Source: Leptogorgia sarmentosa (Eukaryota). From it: a stretch of DNA of 64,000 bases. Below the pieces are notes generated by a model. That model made no database searches. It was not told where the DNA came from and worked only from the letters and a program-made list of their open reading frames with translations. Below are positions 36,373 to 50,000 of the stretch, in pieces. Location: assembly GCA_964658305.1 (NCBI GenBank), contig OZ210885.1, positions 8,432,001-8,496,000 on the forward strand, read 5' to 3'. Both the position numbers and the translations under genes were made by a program. Within the stretch, counting starts at the first letter, position 1; every line of letters starts with the position of its first letter.

Positions 36373-36698
36373 TCAACCTTTTGGTTGGAGTTCTTTTGAA
36401 TGCGAGGATAACTTATTAAGACGAAGGAAGCAGACCCGACCTCCTTTCAGGCCAACACAAACCATTCCATTTGAGCCACATGCTATGGCTAAAACATCCC
36501 GGTCGAAATGAAACTCTTCAACACACTCTCCATTTGGTAGGTTCCACAGTTTCAGCGTCTTGTCTTTATCCGAGCATGACAAAAGCAATTCTCCTTCAGG
36601 CGCTAATGCCAACGCTATGATACGTCGAGCATTTTGAATTGGAAATCTGCCGAGAACCTTTCCAGTTCTGAAGTTCTCAATCACCAAAGAACCATGAC
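36373..36698 (-). CDS. WD40-repeat protein, last exon
   Basis: tag acceptor, phase 1; GHGSLVIE...SCSDKDKTLKLWNL...; TGA at 36373-36375. Confidence 0.9.
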
Positions 36699-37068
36699 CT
36701 AAAAATGTGATTTAAAATTTTAAATCTGTTAAGGCAATATGTTACGCCAGGCAATTTTGGTTTGATAGCCATGTTTTATATTTATAGTGGCTGTTACGTG
36801 GCGCTTTTATGATCTCATAGAAATTAGTAATAGTTGCGGGCGTAAATTTAAGAATGCGCCGGTAGTTTTGACACATCAACTTTCCCGCAAGTGTCAAAAC
36901 TTCCCGCGCATCTCAGAATTTGCGCCCGCAAACATTAGTATAATTTCTATTAAAACAATAAAGCGCGTCTGGAGAAAGTAGGGTCTAGAGGTCACGTTAT
37001 TTAAGTTGCTGTCTCAGAAATTGTTCACGTGGACCGCTAGTACACATTAGTATACAGGGACTTATCTG

Positions 37069-37385
37069 CATAGGCGTACGAGGGGGTGGGGCTGGGGGGG
37101 CTGCAGCCCCCCCAAATTTTTTGAGAATTCATCTATTCGGGCAAAAATTGTCTTGTCATTCGGGCAGCGATGGTCTGGTGATTAGATAAAATGTTGTTAC
37201 GCTAGTAACTTTCTCTTTCTCTGTAAATCGTAATGAGTATATTTAGCTTATAATTGAAATGGCTAGGGTCATAGTATTCTCAGATTATATAATATTATGA
37301 TGACGTCACGAAATCTATGACGTCATATGTAATTCGGGCAAATTCAGCCCAGCCCCCCCCAAAAAAATGTGCCCGTACGCCTATG
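37069..37385. mobile_element. hAT-like MITE
   Basis: Perfect 8-bp TSD CTTATCTG; TIR CATAGGCGTACG. Confidence 0.9.
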
Positions 37386-38350
37386 CTTATCTGTACAAAT
37401 TTTCAGCGAGTCTTATCTAAAAAACATAGCTTTAAATCAGACGTTTCATAACATGCAGCTAAAACTGCCTGATCCAAGGGTCAATTAGTCAGGGAATATT
37501 GCTGACCCATATAGCCGATATGAAAACATGCCTATCTATCAGGCGATCTCAACACACGAAGAATTTAAGGACTGCGACTAGATGTCGCGTAGCATACCAT
37601 TTTTCGATTGAAACAAATGAATTTCTGCCATTATATACTTTATTTTGATTCCATATTTTTGTGAGAGCTATAGTTCTCATAACCAAACATAATGACAAAA
37701 TTTCAACTAGTTTCATACAGAACAACGGAAGATATAATCGAGTGAATCGAGTGCTGACTGGCTAAGACACGAAACACTGAGCTAAACAAAGACTGCAGAG
37801 AGTGCTCGTATCAATTTTCTCATAAAGGAGTGAGGCTTAATTGCAGGATTCGCATAATCCAGAGTTTCTCAGATCAGTGGGTTATCTATCCACGACAGGT
37901 CTTCCAACTTGCCTTGGTTTTTAATTTTCCCGGGTGAAAATTGCCGGGCGGACTTAGTACCCTCGCCAGGCCGTACCCTCGGGGAAAATACATACAGACT
38001 AAGCTGTGGGTAAGGCTCAAAGTTTCCGTGCGAATACTTGTTAGATAACATAGTTGCAAGTCAAACGGGTAATGCACGTGGTGTTACCGTGAGGTTAAGC
38101 CTACTGGAATGGGGTATATTCGCAGGGGAGGTTTCGCATTCGGAGGTTCAAAATTCAGCATATTCGCATGTTACTTCCATTGCTTGGATAACTTCTTGTT
38201 GGTTTGAAAAGACTCGTGTCCAGGCATTTGTGCAGTGGACGGGGAAACAAGGGCGTGGACGGAATGTCGGAGAGTAAGGCTGTGCTGAAACTTGAAGAAT
38301 TGCGCAACCACACGTTGTTGCAATTGAGATTAAAAAATGAAATAAATTAC

Positions 38351-38606
38351 CTAAAATTGCCACATGGCTGCCAGAATTGTTCACCCTTAAAACTCTTCTG
38401 GTAAAAAATTTAGGGATCTCGTCGCAACCCTGTTCGATCAGTTTCCACTTTGTTACCCATGTTTGCTCTTCAACTCCATTAGCAACTCTACTCTTGCAAG
38501 AACAAGCATCAAAGAGGAAGTTCTGGACCACGCGAATTGTTTCAATTCTACCACTCATACGGGATCCGTGATGATGCACAATTCCTTTGCCATTTATCCG
38601 CGCAAC
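38351..38606 (-). CDS. WD40-repeat protein exon
   Basis: cag/gtaat, phase 0-1, open; VARINGKG...VTKWKL...SHVAILG. Confidence 0.8.
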
Positions 38607-39318
38607 CTGTCAAAATAATAATTTACTGCTTAATACATTGGTTATTTTCTCAGCAAAATAAGATGAACGTCTTCCGATTTTTAACACTTATGATTATGTA
38701 TTTTAAATTAAAAAATTCCGATGCGAAGTGCTAATTTGTTTGCTTTGTTATTGTTAAGTAATTGAAAAAATTACATTCGGAGTTGGAATTGTTGAGTTTA
38801 ATTTACACATGCAGTATTATTAGTGACTGAAGGCAAGCGCGCAAATCGTCGGTGGGGGGGGGGGGGGGGGGGGGGGGGTTTGTGCGCAGGAAACATTGAG
38901 TTTAAATGTAAATGAAGTATGGCGTTTCGCAATTATCGTATCAGCATTCAGCAGTTATGTTTCGTAAAGTTATCCTGCTAAATTACTGTAATATGTGCGA
39001 AGCACGAGTGATATTTCAACAAAGATATATGCAATTAATACTGCGTTGTTTTGGATGTTTTCAAAAACAACGCCGGCTCGGAACGGTTTTAATTAATAAA
39101 AATACTTAGTACACGCCTGTGTAATTAATGTTTAATTCGTACAGTTCTTGAAAGTTTTGACAATCAACGGAATTGACCGCAATGATATCAAAATAAGAAT
39201 TAACTGTATTCACAAGGTTGATATGTGTTATCCTCTTTTCAAATTGTTTATTACGCACGGGGTTAACTTGTTACGCATGCAAGAAAGATACAGTTGCATT
39301 GGTGTTTACTTCGGTTAA

Positions 39319-40716
39319 AGTGTTACTGCAACGAATTTTTCGACCTCGTTTTTTTGCCTTAAATAAATATTCAGGTCGAAAGATGAAATTTGGTGTATAG
39401 ATGACTTTTGTATGTTGAGTGGAAGTAACTAAATTTCGCCTCCAAACTTCGATACCGGATGCGAACAAAACAGCCGCCATTTTGTCACCTTGTGACGTCA
39501 CAAGTGTAACACTTTTAGCGAAGCTACTAGTAAATTGTATTGCGTTAGAGCTATACTCTGTGTTTCTCTTGCTTTTTTCGCCGGAAAAAAATATCTTTTG
39601 AAACAAAACTTGACCATAGGCATTTTAAGACAATATATTTTGCTCATGTCGAGTCACGAGTCTGGCGGGGACCCGCAATCGTGTGAGAGTTCAAGTGAAA
39701 CTGCATGACCCGGTGTCGAATGGCTCGTTAAGTCATGTCACATCGCACTGCTTTGCGTACGACGACGAACCTATACCAGAACCTGGGGAAACGAATTGTG
39801 TTCCAGAAGATCCAGATGGATTGTTGCCAGCAACTATTGAACAAAGAAGCGACGGTAGAATAACTCTGGAACTGTGATAAGTGAAGGTTCAAGACTGTTT
39901 AGACTTTAGCCTAATTAAAATAGCCGACGTAGGCTAAATTTGAATGTATATTTTATTGCTTTTATTTAATATTCATCCGTAATGATATATTGTTAATTTT
40001 GATTTCAATATATTGATATCATGCAGTATAATTATTGATTCCACATTGCCGTCTCAATATCTATCAGAACAAGTGTGTATGTAAAAGAGCCCAATTTTAT
40101 AGGCCCTTTCTTTTGGGCTTCCTTGCCTTCTATCTATTAAATTTGTAAATACTTAAGCTGTGGCAGAATAAATTGATTTGATTTGATTTGATTTGATAAG
40201 GAAAATAGTCATAATTCATAGCAAGTTAATATTTAGCGATTTTGCTAACTCTAGATTCATATCATAGCACGAATCTTCGAAGTGAAGGCACGAGGTCGCC
40301 GTAGCGTCAAAACCCGGGTTATGTTTACAGACAAATTTCACGCACTTATTCCGTCTCTGAGCATCTGTTTCTTCATTAGGGAATAGATGCATAGACATTC
40401 CTTCAGTTTTGCTATCATTGGCGCAGCTAACTAAGTTAGGACCGCCAGCAACGCAGAGTTTTCCTCCGCGACTAGCTTTACGTCTATTAGAAATATACGC
40501 CATGTTGAAAATGTGTTACACTTGTGACGTCACACGGCATTAAGATGGTGGTCGAAAAGTTCGCACGGAAGTAGCCAAAAATCGCAACTTTGAAAGGCCA
40601 TAAAATCCGTTTGAAAAGAGCAATTTTATTTCTGTTTGCGATAAACATATTCGGAGAGTAAGTACTTTAAAATAAGCCAATAAAAAAGGGGTCGAAAAAT
40701 TCGTTGCAGTAACACT
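39319..40716 (-). mobile_element. Internally deleted Kolobok, copy B (inverted relative to copy A)
   Basis: TTAA TSD, same TIRs; THAP ORF 40216-40503; highly similar to 21289-22671. Confidence 0.88.
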
Positions 40717-41569
40717 TTAAATATGATGCGTTGAATTATATAATTCGCTTCATAATTTACGTCTTGGTATATCTATTTTCCCGGGAAATTGCTGTAACAT
40801 GTTAGATTTTATATTAACTTTGGTGTCTACTGTACGAATTTTCCTCCTTCTATATTCGGATCATTTTTTTGTCATACCCTTTCCTTTTTTTATGACTCAA
40901 ATATAAATATTTTTGTTTATTCAGTCATATCTTCTTATCTGTCACTTACTTTGTTTTTAAACTTAGTTCGGGAAGGCATGCGCGCCGTTTTTCCTGCTTG
41001 TGGATCAAACTTTACGTTATACAAGATTTATTTTCTTTTTGTAAGAATTATTTCTTTGTCAAACTTGCAGATGGTTGAAGTTTTTGTAGGTTTAAAGCAG
41101 TTTATAATATTCCAGTAATTTGACTATAAGTGCTTGGTGGGTTTTAGTGCTACATTTATTGCATGAAATTGATTCCGAACACACAGGTTATGCATAAGGC
41201 GTTGTGTCTATAATGTAATGATATGTTAATTCAAAGTAACATATCATTTTTTATTGAACTTGTGACAAAAGTGTGAGTTTTAGAATGCTGTCCGCACAGA
41301 AATCCATTTTGCTATATTCACTCGATTATATCTTTTGTTATTCTGTATTAAACTAGTTGAAATTTTGTATTTATGTCTCGTTATGAGAACTTTAGCCCTC
41401 ACAGAAATATGGAAATGAAATAAAGTATATTATGCGAGATTTCAATTGAAAAATGGATTTGAATTTGACAACTAGTCTCAGTCCTTTTCCGTGTATTGAG
41501 ATCATCTTGATGTTGACAATATCAGTAATTAATGTACTCATGAATATAAACTCCACATAGAAATCTCAG

Positions 41570-42505
41570 ACAGACTTGTATGGATTTAAATACTCCTGAT
41601 AAGGTCGACGTTGGTGTTTTGATGTATCTTTCGTAACAGTCTGAGGACCACTGCCCTGGGGTTTTGATGAGCCATGCAGGTAGTCTGCTTTAGCAGCCGT
41701 TGTAGCAGCAACAATCCGGCGGCTATGGCTGGCATAATTTGATGCATTCAACCCCGCCTGGTTAAGCAGCTTTTAGGTTTCAAATGTTAGATTTGGCTTA
41801 GTAAGAGGTTTTCCAGATGCAAAAATAAAGAGCGGCCCAAACCATTAACTACACTCTAATAAAGTTGTTCCTTTTGAGGTTTTCGACTATAAAACGTCTA
41901 ATTTTTCTTGTCAAAATACCCCCTCCGCCCCAAAAACAATGTTGAGTCTATGCCAAATGCATTAAACATGTTATGCAACACCATCCAACATTGATTGGTG
42001 GGGGAAAGGGGGAGGGTTCTTTTTTTTTGCTCTAAACCCCATAAAATAATAGTATGTGTCGCCAATGTTATGACCAGGATTGCAGTTACTGTTGGACGTA
42101 GTCGGGTGTAGTTCAGCATTGCTTGCAAAGGACACCACTTCCGAGTACGTAGCGCCTATTTTTATTGTTTGACCCATCAGGCGGATTAGGTCTTAGGACC
42201 GTCATGAATTGAGGTGTTTTGCCACCACTATTCGGTGAAAAATTAATACATTCTCTGATCAGGTGTATATCTGGGTTGAACTTAGAGTTGCAAGTTAATT
42301 CTCCAAGATGGAGAAAGCCAAAAAATACTAATGTCATAGCAGCCCAAACCAACTTAGAGTCAAATGACTGTGTGAACGGAACGCCGAGCAACATTTGAAA
42401 TAGGTTAAGGTGGTAAATTCTTATGGGTAGCCGCACCCGGAGTTGTTGCCCTTGTGAGCGTTTTATCCCTCTGAGAACAAGCTGTAAGCGTAACATTTTG
42501 TTCAA
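41570..42505 (-). mobile_element. DIRS/Ngaro-type tyrosine recombinase remnant
   Basis: LRGIKR, RLPI, FFGFLHLGE, GPLF, SHSRRIVAAT, GQWSSDCYERYI; broken by frameshifts and a ~200-bp insertion. Confidence 0.85.
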
Positions 42506-43100
42506 GTTTAGCTCAATACCACGGCGAATGCGGTGGCGATGGTGATCATTATTTGATGGTCATAATTATGTAATGTATATGATCATGAATTTGCTTATCA
42601 AAGCAATCCCGACTAGTACTGTTGTTGCGTGAATTTTGGTCATTATACTATACGGACTGTTGAGCGTTGACATATTTTGTACATACCTTAAACCAGACCT
42701 TAAATCATTGTTACTAAAACATATACGAAACTATTCGAATAGCAGGAAATAGATTCGAATTGCTGCCATATAATTATAAAAGTATCAAGCAGATCCCGGA
42801 CAAAGTTAAAACATTTACCTTATGAAATCTGTTTCACTCTGCGGCTATTAAGCCAGATCTTAACCCCATTCTAGTTTTCTATTGCCGATAAACCTCAGTC
42901 CTATTGCATGAAATATAATTTTCGAAGTCAAAAACATACGCGAATCTCGGCTTCAATTCTATCCATTTACGATCGTTCCAGATTTCACGTAGGTATTGGA
43001 CGGGTTTTTGTGCACGGATGTCATCAGCAGATGATTAATATAAATTTGTAATATTTAACAATTATTGGATGAGGTTTTTGTGATATGCGGAACATAACTA

Positions 43101-43577
43101 CCCGTGCTGAAGGTTTTGGATGAAAATTGTGCAATTTGAATGGAATTAATCGATCGTAAAGTGCTGCCAAAACAGTCGCTTGACTTGGTTCGAGACATTT
43201 CAGGTCAAGAATGAAGCTTTTGGGTAACTTCGAGGTGTTGGAATATTCTATAGGACTTCTGTGAAAGATAAGAAATAGAAAGCCGCGTGTTGGTAGAGAA
43301 ACAGGAATCGAATTGTCGTCGCCAATTCACACTGTATATTTAGTCATCGTTTCGGAAAGTGTATACCGACCAAGTTGTCCGTGAATGGAATTCATCCCAG
43401 AGGCCAAAGTTTTTCTGGCAACGATTAATTCAAGAAAAATAAATTAGTTTATGGGTTGATAGGCTCGAACGTCTTGAAGGAACAATGCGACTGTTTTGGC
43501 AGCATTTTACGGATCGATTATTTCGGGGTTAATTCCATTCAAATTGCGCAATTTTCATCCAAAACCTTCAGCACGGG
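43101..43577. mobile_element. MITE with ~80-90-bp TIRs and TA TSD
   Basis: TA|CCCGTGCTGAAGGTTTTGGATGAAAATTG...CAATTTTCATCCAAAACCTTCAGCACGGG|TA. Confidence 0.82.
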
Positions 43578-44405
43578 TAGTTATTTCCAAAAAATGGTGC
43601 TAGAACGTGATCGGAAACGTTATGCGGTCGTAAAATGCGAAAAACATGGTTTTTCCAATACTAGCTCCTATTAATTTGACCGGTTGAGCAGCCATCTTGG
43701 ATTGCTCATGTTTGCCACATGCGTCAGCATATAATTATTCTACAGTCAGCAATCTAGGCTTCCTATATCTATGACTGTAGAGTATATTAAACTACCTAGG
43801 CTAACTGAACGCGTGTTTTCGGAAATTTTTCGCGCTTTTATTAGTTTAGGGAATATTTAACAATTGGTCCGAGTTGACTATTCGCTCATAAACAACGAGA
43901 CCGAGTAGGTAGGAACAAACTCAGGTAGCGTGCTTAACCATACGACAGATCTAATCTCAATGCGATTCTCGCCATGGAATCGGTACATGACATGCACACC
44001 ATGTTATTCTTTTTTTTTGCACTTTCCACAGTGCACAAAACATCGATCAGCGAAAAAACAAATATGCACACGACTTCAACACCACCATTCATTTGGTTGT
44101 GCTCTTCCAGTCAAGGGCTGAACTAGGGGCTTTTTTCCAAATTTGTCTTCCGATTTCCAAATAATGCTTGGAACAAAGTTAATTCACTCTAGAAGCGCTT
44201 CACAACTGATGAGCATGGTATGTGTTATTCATGTACTGCAAAAAGTGCAGCCCAACTACAACAAATATTAAGCCCTAAAAATAACGTTTCACAATCTTGT
44301 TCGGTAAAGAGACATCACGAAATTTAAATTGCAGCTCAACCTATAACAAGTAACACGTCCAAAAATTACATTTGAAAATCTCGTTTGGAAAATGATAATT
44401 CATAC

Positions 44406-45007
44406 CTTTTTGTCAGAAGCAACTATGATAACATCCGAGCAGGGCACGAATTCAAACGCGGTAATGGGATCTGAACAAATGTTGTCATGTGACCATATTA
44501 ACGTCGGCAAGTTTTCTTTAACATTCCAAAGCTTCACAGACCCACCGATAGACCCCGATGCAAAGCGACGTGAACGATCATGACCTCCTAGCTCCCCTTT
44601 AACTTGAGAAATGGCATCCTCGTGTGCTGGGAATTTCGACTGCGATTTATTGTTAAGATGAAACCATAACAGTTCTCCGTCATCACAACCAAGCAATGCA
44701 TAGTTTGAACCAAGAGCAGTAATGCAGGTGACTTTAACTTCTGGTTGACCCAAATTAATGCTGGCCTCGATATCATTAAAAGTTCTTAGTTCGACCCTGT
44801 TTGCCTCGTCAACAAAAACGAAACGGACATCATCACTTAATAAGCAGACAAGACGTATGGCGCCTCCAGATTCGGTCTTTGCGAATTGATCTATTTTAGA
44901 ACACTCTATGTCGACCAGCGACAATGTTCCCGAACTGCTTCCAGACAGAGCAAATTTCCCATTGGATGTCATGTCAATTGCTGTAACTATCGAGTCGTCA
45001 GGGTGAC
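44406..45007 (-). CDS. WD40-repeat protein exon
   Basis: cag/gtatg, phase 1-0; GHPDDSIVTAIDMTSNGKFALSGS...AHEDAI...ASGSIGGSVKLWNV. Confidence 0.9.
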
Positions 45008-45239
45008 CTGCATGAAGGAAGTAAAATTTTTATTTGAAGTATTCAAGTATGCGACGCTTCAGCGGTGTAGCCTGCCAATCATTGAAAAATATCCTTCAGA
45101 CGACAAGTATAATCTTTACAGGTGCAGCAATAGAAATTTTCTTCAAATCCAGGTAGGAAAATGCATCGCTGATATCGAAAACGCAAAAATAAGTCATTCA
45201 CTGTTGTGAATAAAAGACTAGTATACTGGAATAAATGAA

Positions 45240-45458
45240 GTTTTCCATTACAGTCGTTTTGCCCGCGCGGGCGGAGCGAACGATTTAAACTTCGTCAAAA
45301 ATACGTCGTGCGTGCACGCCAAGAAAGTTGACCGTAGTTCAACTTCTAAGCGTCTCTACGCGTGCAAAATTAGACAGAGAACGCTCAGATTAAACACCCA
45401 TAGCAAAAGTTGAAACATGTTCGCCGTGCGGGCATAGCGACTGCAATGGAAAACGGCC
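45240..45458. mobile_element. Harbinger-like MITE (family of 9829-10017)
   Basis: ttttccattacagtcg...cgactgcaatggaaaa inverted ends. Confidence 0.7.
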
Positions 45459-47240
45459 GTAAATCACACCCATTTCATCCGAAATTCAATCACTTTCACC
45501 TGATAAATAGTACGTACATTGCACTAACTTTAATTTGAATGGCCATAATATGTTTTTTATTGTTCCCAATCATTGCAGTTATACTAATTTTGACACACTT
45601 TTACACATTGTAGTGATGGATTTTTGTTCTTTACTTATTTTCAAATTTTTGCGATCGCTAGATTTCTCTATTATGTATACGTTTACTCTAGACTAAAAGC
45701 TTGCAGTGGGCTGAGAACAGTCTTACACTAAGCTGGAAAGACAGTTTAGTAGAACATAACTACCGTGTCAATTGACAGCTAATCCTCCAAAACGTCAGCT
45801 GAGGTTTAAATCTTGAGGTATGTTCGCACAGCGCGACTAGTTATGCTCGTTTTAGACGTCTAATTTCCGTCAAATTCAAACAATGAGGGAAGTAATCTCA
45901 TGAATGAAACGGGCTTCAACTTTATTTGGAAATCAGCAGATAAAAGCTGCCGAAAAATGGCCTGAGAAATTGCGATGTGTTGACATCCTTCATGCCGTGA
46001 AGGCACATGGATGGGAAACTTACTAGAGCAAAATACCGTTTAGAAAAAGATGAGATCAAAAATAGCAATTTGAAAAAGGAAGTTGAAACGAAAGAGAGCC
46101 CCAAAATAATTTTACACGGTCGAATAATGAGTTATTTAGAAAACATAAAAATTTAAGGAGATATAGGTATCCAAATAGTAACATATTTTGAAATTTTTAA
46201 CTATTATAGATTCAGCAGTTTTACAGCACTACAGTGAGCAGCGATTATATTTCGAAAAGAGGTACGGGACTTGCTTTCTCTGATTTCTTTTGGACTAGAA
46301 TATCAAAGGTGTACCCGTTGAGCATAAAACTATTTTTCATGTTATTTGTGTGAGCGGAGAGAACTTGAAATGTCTCGAAGTTGATAATTTGTTATGAAAC
46401 ATTGATACGAAAATGGATTGATGGGCGATTATGGAACAATCGTATGATCTATGTCATTGCTATATTCAGATTAATTCTAGCTTCTCTATTTTGCAGTTTT
46501 TGAAGTCGTTTTGATTGCGTTTCACTAAATACCTTACTTATACTTCACTGCAATAGCCAGTAGTGAATGTACGGACAAACAATAGCGTTATATATCAAAA
46601 TATTTATATTTTGTTTAAGAAACGCTTCGAGACAACGAATAGCAGAGATTGATGCTGTTACCTTTTTTGGAAATAATTTCAGTATTATTTTACCAACACA
46701 CTTGCAGGTCAATTGTTACCCGGAGTGTTTTGTATTCATTTTGCATTCCGTCAAACTCATAACTGACGGGCGAATAAACCATTGATTTGCAATTGCAACT
46801 GGATCCTGTATTCTTATAAGTAGGATGAACCAGAAAACACAATATAAGCGACAACGACAAGTAACGTAGTCAGCACAGTTAGTGATTATGCACTAAAAAC
46901 GGCATCTTTCAATTATAGAAGAAGACAGGAAACATAACTTGAATTGTCAGTGTTCGATTCGACTATTATTGCGCATTGGATTGGTTTGACTAATTTTTGA
47001 AATCTCGTAGTTTTGGAACGACCTAAATAACGGATACAGGCTTCGTGACGTAAATTGAATTCAGTTATTTGACTCATTAGCGAGTGAATGCAGTCGTTTT
47101 TCGGGACTGGTATATTCTCGTTTAAAACCGATATTACACACATATAAATTATTGTGTGTATGAATATAGTAAAAAATCCTGTAGTGGCATCAAAGACTTA
47201 AAAGTATTTAGAAGTTTCAAATGGTCCTTGATTTACCCAC

Positions 47241-47649
47241 CTGCATTATGGTCGACACAACTCTTAGTTGAAAGTTTCCGGTGGAGAAGCAGATTATTCT
47301 GAAGCAAGCCTGACAAAAGATTTTTGCCGTCGGGTGATATTACAAGCGGGACCCTCGGCCGCTGTCGTACAGTCGATACTTGCAAAGAGTCGAGATTGAT
47401 TTCACAAATATGCATATCAGGGCTGCATGTGTAAATCATGTTGCGATCGCATGCTATTTCCACTGTATAGGACGCGGGTAAAATGACGTCTTTCAAAGAC
47501 GCATCAGGCTTTTGCCACTCCCAGATGAACACATGGTTATCTTTGCATCCAAATATAACTTGCAACCCATCAGAACTAAAACGAACAAACTCAGGTGTGC
47601 CATCGCCATCAATTCCATTGATCACACTGCCATCAGACAAATTCCACAC
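47241..47649 (-). CDS. WD40-repeat protein exon
   Basis: aag/gtggg, phase 0-1; VWNLSDG...FSSDGLQVIFGCKDNHVFIWEW...ISPDGKNLLSG. Confidence 0.9.
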
Positions 47650-47735
47650 CTTAAAAAATAAAAGGAAAAATTAATATTCTGTATGAAGCGCAACACGCGC
47701 TTAAAACTTGTGACTATATTATTTACCAAAACTAA

Positions 47736-48792
47736 TTAACAATTAGACAACGAGGCCGACTTGTCTATGAACCAATAGTCAGCGAGGACGAAGTCCGAGT
47801 GACTATTCGCTCATAGACAACAAGGCCGAGTTGTCTAATTGTTTTAGTATACACTCTATGCCCAGAATTATTTATATCAAGAAAATTCTTCAACCTCAGC
47901 AAAACGCGAGTTTTCTGCAGTAGCCATATTGTTTTCCTTTGCTTTTTCGCGAACCGTGGTCTATTTAACAATTAGTCGCCGAAGGCGAGGTGATTACAAG
48001 CCTATATTCACTGAGGCGCGAAGCGGCGAAGTGAATATAGGCTTGTAATCACCGAGCCTCGGGCGACTAATTGTTTTAGTATAAATTCCCAGGTCAAAGT
48101 GATTTGATTCAAAGTGTCTGTTAAGTAGAAATTCAAGTTTTGTTTACTTTGCTTGTAGTTTGTTTACATAAAATAGTTCACGCTCATATCAGCACTTTGC
48201 TAGTGAAAAAAGCCAGTTTTGTTGCATAAAAATAACACTAAATAAAATATTTTACTTTGAAAGATTTTTAAACCATATTTTGTCGCTTGTTTGGTTTTCT
48301 TGGGGATGCTTTCTTGTTTAATTTTGTCAATTTCCTCCTGCGAATCTTCAGCAAACCGGGCGGCCATTTTGAATTTTAATTATGAAAAAGTGATAGTCAC
48401 CTCCTAGGAGGTGACTATAACAAGAGAGTAATCAATTCTTGACCAATCAAATTGCAGGAAATGTTATAGTCACCTCAAGATTTATACTAATTGCGATTAG
48501 TAGAATCATACTAGTATACTATTGCAAATGCTGCAATTTGATTGGCTACTCTATTCGATATCTATTCCTCGATAGATAGCGAGTAGCAAAATATGTGAAT
48601 TTTCGTTAAAGAAAATGTCTTCTGAGACGCGTTTTTAAATTATTTATTGCAATATTTTCATGTTTGATCACTGATTCTACTAAAACAATTAGATTACTCG
48701 CTCTCTATATCTACAAGATGATAGTTGATTCGGGCTTCGCCCTCATCAACTATCACCTCATAGAAATCTCGAGCTCGTAATCTAATTGTTAA
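47736..48792. mobile_element. Cluster of three palindromic CGAAG-hairpin elements (Crypton-like, unclassified)
   Basis: Three different ~115-bp palindromes sharing ttaacaattag...ctaattgttttagta ends and a central CGAAG loop. Confidence 0.7.
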
Positions 48793-49674
48793 ATATAATA
48801 GGTAACTAACAAGCAGAATAGGTTTCGTTACTTATATTATGCGTGCTACTCAAAGCGATTACTGGAAGTTTGTTTTTAAAGATGTAGATAGAGCATAAAA
48901 AGTTAGTTATAATACGTTCCAGATTAGTTTTTACGTTTTATTTTCCAAAATATACGTAAACTGAGCAATAATATGACTGGACAAAGCTTCTGTAATGCAT
49001 AAATAAAAATGGCGTCTTTTTCCTTTTAAATTTGGCCGTGATGCGACCATGCATGTTTGATCGATTTCACTCATTTTAGTATTTCATCTCATTACAAATT
49101 TTCTAACTTCAAAATTATTGATTGAATTGAACAGGATGATAAATTCAGTACTTCGAGATCAGTGGGTTAAAGGGCGCGAACAGCAAGTTTTGCCATTTCA
49201 TGGAAACAAGTCGCGCAAAAGTCCCAGAAAGCCATCTTAATGAACAACATTTACTGTTGTACTGCTTTGTGTTACGAGCGACTATTATTGAGATATTTTA
49301 CGCCCTTAATTTACAAAGTTGTCTTGTTTCAACGCATAACTCGAATAGCAATGGATCGAGTTTATGGTGAATTGAAAAGGACATCGTCTTGCACCCAGTT
49401 CCTCCTTGCGCGAAGGGGATAACCAACTTTGAAACTCGTTCAGTAAGTTTAGTAAGTAGTGGTCCTTAACTAAGCAAATTTAACTATTAGATTAAATTAG
49501 TTGCTCTGAATATATTCCCTAAACGAGTGCTAAAAAATTGCTTTACCACAATGTGAAACAGAAATTGTGTGAAATTTTACCTAATCCTTCGCTAACCAAC
49601 TAGGCAACCAACCAATACCAACAGAGCTATTATGTCAAAACGTACCGTTCTGGCGTGCGACGCTAGTTTTTTTC

Positions 49675-50000
49675 CCGTAAACAGTCGGACACCTCATTGA
49701 TGGTCGGACACATCATCATTATCATATTAACATTAGCATTAGGAATAAGCATTATAAGGATTTTGAATGTAAGGCCTGGCAGCTTGAGCGTTTGGTGTAG
49801 TGGTAAGCATGCGGACTGCGTGTAGCGTGTCTGGGTTCGATCCCCATCATGGCGTTATTTTTTTCGTCATTTTCTTTTCATTCTGCCAAAGATATTTGAG
49901 CGATTTATTTTTGAAATAAAGTCGTACTTAAAATTTTCTTTCAAAATTTTATTTATATTCAAGGTTAGGGTCAGAACTACTGTTTGGGTAAGTGTTAGTA
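49675..50000 (+). mobile_element. Non-autonomous element with tRNA-like A/B boxes and a ggttagggtcag motif; ends uncertain
   Basis: tggtgtagtggtaagc...gggttcgatccc followed by a T run; motif shared with 28246-28270. Confidence 0.55.
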
